64,000 nt of DNA from a virus, in IMG/VR virus record IMGVR_UViG_3300005991_000001; one strand, 5' to 3'. Below are positions 49,313 through 58,100 of this stretch, in pieces (the first letter of the stretch is position 1; the number at the start of each line of letters is the position of its first letter). The translations under genes and the position numbers were made by a program. The notes under the pieces were generated by a model. It was not told where the DNA came from. It worked only from the letters and a program-made list of their open reading frames with translations, and did not search any database.

Positions 49313-49929
49313 ATTTTTTCAATTAAACAATCTAAATCTTCCTGCATTAATTCTCTTTGATCAAACGATATTTCGTGATTTGAATACAACGATATTGTTC
49401 CTGTTGATTCTTCTGAATAAGTCACATCTGTAAATGAAACAATTGAAAGATCACTTGAATATCCAAGCCCTGTCAAAAATGAATATAATCCTGCATTAAT
49501 GTCGGGATATTTACTAACATAGCTAATCGTTTGAGTTTGGAAATAACCATCTTCAATTGAAACAACTAATTCATCACCAGTCACCGCAGTAAAATCAACA
49601 TCATCAACCACAAACAAATAGGCATATTGTGTTACTGGTCCAAAAGGTTCAATTATGATCACGGTGGTACGTAATACCACATCGTATTTTACATTAAAAT
49701 TAACGCATTTTGCTTTGTATCTGCCTAATACATCAATAATTAAAAACTGACGATATAGACAATTCCAAGAACTTTCGCTATTTCCTTTGATACCGAAAAT
49801 TTCCTCTATACCCATTTCAGATACTTTGGTAGCAAAATCCTTTTTCAGATTCCACAACAACCGATTACTAACAACCCCCTCCACAACAACAAATTGATTT
49901 AAGTAATTGGACTTGTTTTGCGACTTCAT
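49306..49929 (-). CDS. hypothetical tail-module protein
   Basis: 207-aa track ORF. The 62-nt overlap with the upstream gene would vanish with a start at 49815. Confidence 0.5.
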   Translation of the reverse strand: MKSQNKSNYLNQFVVVEGVVSNRLLWNLKKDFATKVSEMGIEEIFGIKGNSESSWNCLYRQFLIIDVLGRYKAKCVNFNVKYDVVLRTTVIIIEPFGPVTQYAYLFVVDDVDFTAVTGDELVVSIEDGYFQTQTISYVSKYPDINAGLYSFLTGLGYSSDLSIVSFTDVTYSEESTGTISLYSNHEISFDQRELMQEDLDCLIEKIC

Positions 49930-50587
49930 CCCAACGTTTTGATTCTTGCGAAATACAAAGGGCAGTCATTACTATTTGAAGTTTCATTCCTTTTTGAAAG
50001 GCTTTATTGTCACACATTGAAACGCATGGGTTTTTAGCGACTTCACAAAAAGCATCTTTTACAGCTTTCTCATAACAAGCGTCAATCGAAATGCAAGTAA
50101 TCACGCAATTTTGCTCTGTGGCGTACCGTGTTTTTAAAGTGTCTGCGCTTATTTCGTATAAATCCCAATAGATATTATCCGTATCATTTTCAGGATTTAT
50201 GTTTGTATGAGTTGTTTTGAGTTTGTAAAGCTTTTCATTGTAATAAACAATATGCTTCACAAGTGTATTGTAAAGGGTTGCATCGTTCCAAACAGGGAAA
50301 TTGTACAGCGTTACATTATAAACCCCGTCAGTATCGTTTTCTTGAAGCGTGTAGTTGAATTTATTCACTCCGTTTTCAGTCAATACCGTAATTTCTGCAT
50401 CGGGGTTCTCCGAAGAAAGCGAACCGTAAGTATATGTGTTGTCGGGTGTTGTGACAATTATCTTCCTGTAACCAAAGACATCATGGCTTAGTAAATCGTT
50501 TGGTATTACCGATTCATCTACAAATTGCAGTTTATTACAGTTACATTCATCTGCATTTACTGATAATATTGTTTTGTAATTAGCCAT
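49868..50587 (-). CDS. Cys-rich late protein
   Basis: Track ORF 49868-50803 trimmed to MANYKTILSVNADECNCNKLQ... (239 aa), since the upstream 72 codons cross a promoter and tRNA-like region. Ends in ICCCGGGC. Confidence 0.55.
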   Translation of the reverse strand: MANYKTILSVNADECNCNKLQFVDESVIPNDLLSHDVFGYRKIIVTTPDNTYTYGSLSSENPDAEITVLTENGVNKFNYTLQENDTDGVYNVTLYNFPVWNDATLYNTLVKHIVYYNEKLYKLKTTHTNINPENDTDNIYWDLYEISADTLKTRYATEQNCVITCISIDACYEKAVKDAFCEVAKNPCVSMCDNKAFQKGMKLQIVMTALCISQESKRWDEVAKQVQLLKSICCCGGGC

Positions 50588-50667
50588 ATTTTGTTCTTTT
50601 GACAAAGGTAAACTAAAAATAAATAGACTTTTTTTGATGTTTTGTTTGGTGATTAGAAATATTTGTG

Positions 50668-50675
50668 TACATTTG
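50668..50675 (+). promoter_or_regulatory. candidate -7 box
   Basis: TACATTTG, with TTTG at 50641-50644. Upstream of the tRNA-fragment-like element. Confidence 0.4.
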
Positions 50676-50747
50676 CAAAGTAATAAGAAGGCAATGATAT
50701 ATTTGGTTGTACCAAAAATTATTCGTATATTGGACTGAATAACAAGT

Positions 50748-50812
50748 CGAGAATCGTATAAAGGGAGAGTATATGCAATGCAGGGTTGGTGGTTCGATTC
50801 CACTACTCTCGA
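50748..50812 (+). other. tRNA-fragment-like minihelix (no anticodon arm)
   Basis: T-arm GGTGG-TTCGATT-CCACT followed by ACTCTCG. 5' partner is CGAGAAT (6 of 7 bp) with a TATA-AAGGGAGAG-TATA D-arm-like hairpin, or alternatively GAGAGTA/TACTCTC (7 bp). Only 13 nt sit where the anticodon arm should be. Confidence 0.35.
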
Positions 50813-51011
50813 TTAAATTAAACATTATGAAAAAAGAAGCAAAAGCAACGGTGTTTTTTGCTCATTTTGAATCTAGTAAAATGAAAGCGTATCGAATGGA
50901 AGACCGTCTTCTGAAATTTACGATTGGGTATTGGAGCAAAGAGGGCGATTAAGCAAGGAAGATGGTGTTGGGTATGTGGCAACAAACATCAATGTAATTC
51001 AAGATTAGGAT

Positions 51012-51599
51012 ATGAGCAAGTCAAAAATAAAGTGGTTAAGCAAAGGGAACAAATTTTACGGAACTATCCGTAATTATTTTGGGGGCAGTATGTTGGTTCA
51101 AATCCAACCGATGTGCGACACGTCAAGGGAAAAACAAAAGAAGATAGTCAATCTGATTGAAAAGTTTTACCAAGGAATTGATGATGAATTATCGGTAGAT
51201 GAACTCAAACAAATCATAGATGAAATACGAAATATTAAGATTCGTTCGGGCGACCCGACTACTGAAATAAGCATCATGCTGTCGGCTTATGAGTTTGATA
51301 AGGAGTATAAGAAAGAACCTGAAATATTAGAGAATGGAATTAGATCCCCACAAGCATTATCTTGCTTGATTAATGACGAAACCAATAATCACCCATACAA
51401 AGTGATGGTTGAGAATAACAGCACTAAAGAACAAAAAGAACTTAGGATATTTTGGAGTGGTACAGCAAGTTTTAGCCCTGATATTTTCCCTGATTCATCG
51501 GTTGTGTGCCGAAATGGACTGGGAGACATAAGAGCAATATATGAGGCAGAATACATAAAACTGTATATCGAATACCAAAAATTAGTTGCTCAAAAATAA
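51012..51599 (+). CDS. hypothetical protein
   Basis: 195-aa track ORF, a lone plus-strand gene between late blocks. Contains a perfect T-arm-like 17-mer GTTGGTTCAAATCCAAC at 51091-51107. Confidence 0.55.
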   Translation: MSKSKIKWLSKGNKFYGTIRNYFGGSMLVQIQPMCDTSREKQKKIVNLIEKFYQGIDDELSVDELKQIIDEIRNIKIRSGDPTTEISIMLSAYEFDKEYKKEPEILENGIRSPQALSCLINDETNNHPYKVMVENNSTKEQKELRIFWSGTASFSPDIFPDSSVVCRNGLGDIRAIYEAEYIKLYIEYQKLVAQK

Positions 51600-51637
51600 A
51601 TTTTATCAAAAAGTTGCTTTGAAATAAAAAATATTCG

Positions 51638-51645
51638 TATGTTTG
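51638..51645 (+). promoter_or_regulatory. candidate -7 box
   Basis: TATGTTTG, with TTTG at 51618-51621. Confidence 0.4.
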
Positions 51646-51649
51646 CTGT

Positions 51650-51742
51650 GTCTAAGCAACAACACAAAGAAGTTATTTTCCTTTCCATAGGAAGAAATTA
51701 AGACCCCTTATAGTCGTTGCTTAGACTTGGGGTCTTTTTTAT
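51650..51742 (+). ncRNA. small RNA candidate 3 (about 90 nt) with pseudoknot or alternative pairing
   Basis: GTCTAAGCAAC (51650-51660) is complementary to GTTGCTTAGAC (51716-51726). That segment lies in the loop of the terminator AAGACCCC (51700-51707) / GGGGTCTT (51729-51736), which is followed by TTTTTT. Confidence 0.4.
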
Positions 51743-52067
51743 TTTAGATTGTTACCGACCCGATAAAAGGCAAAATAGTATATAAGCGTGGTACGGAGAC
51801 GAAAAAAGTCTTGGGCAGGTGTATTAGTTCTATTGCTTGCAGACAACACAAATAAAATAATCAATCTTAAATGATAAGTAGTACTTTCTAAAACTTGTGT
51901 GCCTTATCAGCCAAAAGCGATGACCGACGTCTCAACGGGAAGTAAGTTTTTCATGGTGATTAATCAGGTTATACTTCTTTTAGGGGTAGGGGTATAACTT
52001 GATTTTCATCACCTTTGCTCAAATCCTCAATCTAACAAAAAGTAAGTTCGGCTACATAATTATCCTA

Positions 52068-52115
52068 ACAAAAAAAAGAAACAATCTGTCACAATTATTC
52101 ATTAAATATGTGACA
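52068..52115 (-). terminator. intrinsic terminator after the giant ORF
   Basis: TGTCACA (52087-52093) / TGTGACA (52109-52115). The minus strand continues GATTGTTTCTTTTTTTTG. Confidence 0.55.
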
Positions 52116-52125
52116 AAAAAAACAA

Positions 52126-55100
52126 TTAAAACCCACCAAAGTCAAAACTAAATGAATCGGAATTTCCATTTTTCCTACGGTCAGGTTTTAAAATATCACC
52201 TTTTTCATCCAATTCAAATTTTTCTCCGTTAAGTAATTTATCAACAATGTAATCAGGAATTTGTCGTCTTTCAACTCCGTTCGCATCTGCCTTAGTAAAT
52301 TCAAGCAACGTTCCAATTTCTTCGGGTGAATAATTCAATTTTCGCATGGAATAAACCATTTCAGAGGCTTTTTTTACGGATTCATTAATTGTATTGATCA
52401 CAGCTTCTTTTTCATTGTCAACTGAAAATTCACTATCTCCTTGACTAATGTATTTTTTAAGTTCATCATTTGATTTTTGAATCTGAAAAGAAACCGACCT
52501 CATTTTAGATTTAAATGATTTTGGAATATCAATAGTTTTAGTTTTCAAACCTAAAAACCATGAACTCATTTCGTTTTGTAATGTAAACTGCTCATACTCG
52601 CTTTTTTCATTGAAGAAGCCTTTTTTCATTTTTTCAGCCTGTCCGATGATGCTATTTCGGGTCATTTCGTTTAGGAAATATCCAGCACCTTTTAAAGCGT
52701 TTACCCCCATGTTTTCGCCTTTACCAATGGATTTTCCATACTCGCTTTCACCGTTGTAAATATCAATGAGAATATTTAACCCAATATCACCCGAACTATA
52801 CGGCTCTAAAATCGTTCCAAGTCCTGCTGAAAAACCATCTTCTTTGCTTGCTATGTATAATTTTTGCCATTGATTTTGAACGTCAATGTTTGATAAGTCG
52901 ATGTATTGGACGGTGCTTTTTCCATCGCCTCCAGTTACTAAAAGCGAATTGTATTTACGGTAATCCGAAGCAAGACTTCTTAATGCCTCATCTTCATCAT
53001 CGCCCCAATCTTTCATTGAACCGATTATTCCAAGCCCTATAAGAATCTTTGGTGCGTATTTAACAAGTGCTTGAGTGAATGTATTTACCATTGCAAACCC
53101 CGCTAGTTTTTTAGCGATTATCTCATTCATTTTACCAACTTCAACATCAAGCCCTGCCGATTTCATTTCTTTTTTATCTCGAATCAGTTCACCGATATTT
53201 TTTAAAATCTGAACATCATTCCGCATAGATGAAAAACCAAACATAACAAACGTTCCGATGAATGGGTTTTTTGAAATTTCACGGACTAATTCAGGTGTCA
53301 TTTCGTAGTTTGGCATTTGGTTTCTTACTGCACTACTTGCCATTTCTTTAATTTTCTGCTGAACCATTGTTTCGCTCATTCCTTGCTTACGAAATAAGTT
53401 TCCGTAGGTTTGGGCATACTTGTTTTTAAGTGACAAATAAGCTAATGCCTTTGGAATATTATCAGAGAACTGGTAGGATTTATTTTCAGAATCAGAGAAC
53501 TTTTTGTACCGCTGATTGATCGAGTTCATTACCCCGTCAACGAATGCTTTGTCTATTTCACCCTCTTTAGTATAAACCTTTGACATATCATTGATAAGAT
53601 TCGCATCAAGGGAAGTGTTTAAAATACGTTGTTGTACGAGTTCTTGTATCAATTTTCTGTTTGCTGTTTTATTGTTTGCGGTCATTTCAGCAAAAGACGT
53701 AACAAGTGTTGTAACGGCATTGTACATATACCCCGCTACCGCATCTGTTTTTGGTACAAATTTTCTACCAAATATCTTTTTACCTGTGAATCCCATATCG
53801 AAATCCTCGCGCAAAGCACCTGCTGTTTTTACGCCTTTTTTCGCATTGAAACTCGGAAATTCACCCATTTTTATCATTGCCTCAAAAGCACCTAAAACGT
53901 TTCTTGCATTTGAACTAGGGGATCGAACGGTAAGATTTTTCTTAGTTGCTGCTGATAAGAAAGTCAAGGCAGAAAGTAAAGCGTTGCCTTGTTTATTATT
54001 CAGCATTTCAATTCCGAATGGAAGTTTATCGGTTTCTCCTAATCCTTTGTGTGCTGAACTGAAAAATCTGCGTTGTCCGGCTGCAAACATAAAATTGTAA
54101 AATTCTGGAGTAGTCCATTTTTCACCTAAATTCAACGATTGACTTTTTGGAATCTTTATCGAATTTGTAGCGGTTTGCGTACCACTAAATAAGTGTGGCG
54201 CATCTTTGAGTATTGTTTTTTCAAGCTGTGTTTTGTATAAAATATCAGCCTGTTTCACAATGGTTTTTGCGAAGTTAATCATTGGGTCGGTTACTGCGCC
54301 CATGATCATATCGTATTCAGCATCCATTTCAGTCTTTTTCATAAAAGCACTCGCTTGTGTTTTCGTAAGACCGTTTTTAGTGTATAAATCCGTTGTTTTT
54401 TCTTCTTCAACCGAAGTCATTTCATCGAGAAACGCATTTATTTGTTCGGTAGTCATTACAGGAAGATTTACCCCTGCACTCTGCATTGAAATATTATTAC
54501 CGAATGCATGCGTACCCTCTGAATCACTAAATATTGTATCTACCCTCTCAATTACAGGGCTATCAAGACCGACATAAGTTAATTGGTCAATGTAGTTTTG
54601 CATTTCCTTTTTACCATCAAATTTGAGTGTTTGGGATTCTACACCTAACGGACTTAAAAATGATATTTCATATACGTTTTTACTTCCTTCCTTGCTTTTT
54701 TTGTATTTAACCGACCTTGCTACATTTACTTTTTTATTCACCCAATCGTAAGCCATTTCAACTTGCTGCGGGGTCAATGATTTCTTCCAATCATATCCAC
54801 CTACTGTTCGGGCTTTGTAGCTTTTATTAAGGTAAATATCCATGTTTGCCGTCATGGTAACTATCAAATCAGAATCCTTTGAAACAATACCCGAAGCCCT
54901 CAATAATCTTGAAAGACTTGTAACCATGTTTCGCATATTTTGAATGGGATTCTGCAAATACTCTTCTACGTTCGGATCGGCAAAAAACTCGGATCTAAAT
55001 TTAACATCTGTTAATGCTTTTTGTACGTTTTCAAGTGTTGCCTTACGTGTTTCTATTGAAGTATCACCAATCGCATTAAGATAATTATCCAAGCCTTTTT

Positions 55101-58100
55101 TGAGGTCTTTCAATATAAACTCACCTTTTTTATTCACCTTAGAAACTAATCCTTGTGTTTTTTGGACTTGCTCAACAATAGCTTTATTTGCCCCTCGGCT
55201 AAGTGGGATCAATTTATCTCTAAACCAAATCCTCAATTTATCGGCATTACCTAATTCGCTTAAAATACCCTGTTCAATTTTTAATTGTGGAGTTTTTGTT
55301 TTATCGTAAATCTGTGCAAATTGCTCTTTTGTCATATTACTGACTGATTTTCCATTAAGCAATTCACGAGCAATTTTATCAACGTATTGTTCAAGCGTAT
55401 CGGTGTTGGTATTTATTTTACCGCTTACCAATCCAAGTTTTTTAGCGATTGCTCTCCAAAAATCTTTTAACCAAGTACGCAATGGTTTGTCGTTTTTATC
55501 GTTTACTATTTTGTAGCCTCTATCGGAGATCATTTTAGCCAACGCTTCTTTTTGTACTGCGGTTTTATTACTGTGGATATCGGAATACCCCTTGTCGTTC
55601 ATCACTTCATCAATGTACGCTTTCCCTGCCTCGGAATTTTCAATTAATGATTTTCCTTTTTCGAGAATACTTGAATCCACTTGTTCGGCTAAATCCATCC
55701 AAATATGAGCATATTCCTCAATTGCTGTATTCTCATTTGCTTTGTCAGGATTAAGGTAAATCGTTCCTGTTTTACTATCAACAAAAGCTGCTATTTTTGG
55801 GTCTTTACCAAGTCGTTTTGCATTGGAAACGAATGCGCCTCTATCGGTTTGAACGTCAATATTTTTAAAGTTTTCTCCAAGTAATTCCTGAACTTTATTC
55901 ATAAACCTTGGTGCTTCACCTCGTCTTTGCGTTGACTGCGGATTCATATAAACATCAGAATCATCCTCCCAACCGTAAGGCTCTGAAACAACTTCTTCAA
56001 GGTCTATTTGTGGCTTTGTGGTTTTTACGGATTCACCTTTCGATTTAGCTTCTACCTCACGAAGTTTTACCTGTCCTGCGGTGGTATATCTTTGTTTAGC
56101 TGAATCCAAGTTGTATTTTTCAGCCAAGTATTCGTCCTCGGTAATTTCGCCTTTATCGAATAATTCTTTTAACTCGGTGGCTATTGGTTTTCCTGTTTGC
56201 TGATTTACCGTGAACTGCGTAATATCCTCGTCACCTTTAAATTCGGCAGGGATTTTTTCAATGAGTGATTTTACTTCGGTGAATTTAGTGTTTTGTTTAA
56301 TTGTTGTGTTTTTTGCATCAGTTGATTCAGTTATCAAGGAATCCTTAACAACTGATTTTTCTTCAACCGCATCAGCCCTTTCATACTGACCGATAAAGGC
56401 TTCTTCTGAAATTTGCTCTTGGTCAAAATAAGACTGTTTTTCTTCATCGGATAACGCATCGAAAAAGGTTTCTGCTTCATCAATAAATTCAGGCTGTAAT
56501 TCTCCAATTTCACCATATTTTTGAACATAGTAATCTTCCTCGCTCACTTGCTTAGAAACCGAATCTATCATTGACCTTGTGCCTAAATTTTGGCTTACAA
56601 CGGATTCAATTGCGTTTCGATAATCAGTACTATCAAATTGAGGTAAGGCATCTTTATTTTGATTCCATAATAAATCAGCAAGCCCCTCAATTGTTTGACC
56701 TGACTTATTGTTCATTAACCCAATTCGGGAATGAATTTCACCTTTAGTTGGTTTATCCTTTTTGTTCCCATAAATAGATTCAATTACAGACGAATTAATT
56801 TTACCCCCTCCGATGAAATACTGCATAGTTTTTTCTTCAGGAGTAAACACATCTTTCTGTACCGCTTCTTTGGCTGTGGGATTTTTTATTTGCTCAATTG
56901 CAATTCTTTTTCCCTTTGCTTCTTGATTTGAGCCGCTATCTCCAAGATCACTTGCTCCTTTGTTTTCTGTTTTTCCATTTTCAATTATTGTTTGTTTTTC
57001 ATCCAACTGTTCGGGTTTTCCGATAGGTTCAACTTTTTCGGTCTTACTTTTACCGCCGACTTCTGAACCTACTTTTGTGGCAGTTTTATTAATTTCTTCC
57101 TGAATGATTATTTTTTCAGACACATCTTTTGCAACTTCATCAGCTTCAATATTAGCATCCATAACATCGTCCATTACCTCTTGAACTACATTATCCACAA
57201 CGGCTTGTTTTTCTTTCGGTAAATCATCGTAAATATCCTGTGACGATTGTGGTGTAGCAAGTCCGAACGCACCACCCATAATGAACGATGAAACCACAAG
57301 TTGCATTACATTATCCATGTTTCCATATCTCTCACCTACTTCATCCCAAAATCCACGGGTACGTAATTCATCGTTATAGATTGAAGTGAGTTCCTGTAAG
57401 CTTTCTTCGGTAACTTCACCTGACCCACGAGCAACAATTTGCTGAAAAACAGAAACGGCTTTTGGTGTGCTTTCTCCAAAAATAGATTGAGTAAGTCCAA
57501 GTGCTTTTTTTGTAGTTCCATACAATTTGATAAGTGAGTTTGCCCCAAGTGTGCCAACAAAACCCTGTAAGAATTGAAGTTCATTATTCGGGTCATTAAA
57601 TACTTCTCCTGCGATTTCAAATTGTAAACCTTGCTCAATCGGTTGCTTAATGAATCTACCCGTTTTGGTAGAATTGAAAAGGTAATCGTCAAATGCTTTT
57701 GTAGTGGTTTCGATTCCTTTAATGATTTTCTGTGTGTCTTGTGCTTTGTCAATCAATCCAACAAGCCTAACACCTCCTTTGAGTAATCCCATTGGTGCGC
57801 CAAGTGCAGGTGCGGAAACAACAATTTGACCTACGATTGCTGCGGTTTGTCCTGTCATTTCTCCGAATCCCTCCAATGATGCCCATGAAGTTTCACCACG
57901 TTTTTTGAGGTCGTTTAACTTAGTTGCTGCCACTACATCTGCTTTATCAAAACCCTCACTTTCGATTGTTTGTTTGATAACTTTTGCAGCTTCCGTTTGG
58001 CTTAAATATCCCTCTGCTTCTGATGTACTTGGTTTTAGTCCTTTAGCTAGTCCATTAGTAAATGATTCCCAAAAACCACCGCTTTCCTTTGTAAATCCAA

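Noticed and set aside
50748-50812. tRNA 3'-fragment as an attP core of a temperate phage
   Set aside because: No integrase, excisionase or recombinase is visible anywhere in the 64-kb window, and the gene order is that of a lytic podovirus. This cannot be excluded for the unseen part of the genome.
50587-50825. N-terminal 72 codons of track ORF 49868-50803, and ORF 50613-50825 (-)
   Set aside because: They cross a plus-strand promoter box and the tRNA-like fragment and have implausible composition. A good internal start (MANYKTIL..., 50587) follows an A/T-rich leader.
50827-51011. Possible frameshifted gene (41-aa ORF MKKEAKATVFFAHF... continuing in another frame as ...RLSKEDGVGYVATNINVIQD)
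   Set aside because: There is no slippery heptamer or downstream structure at the junction, and both pieces are short enough to be open by chance in AT-rich DNA. No homology evidence is available to me.
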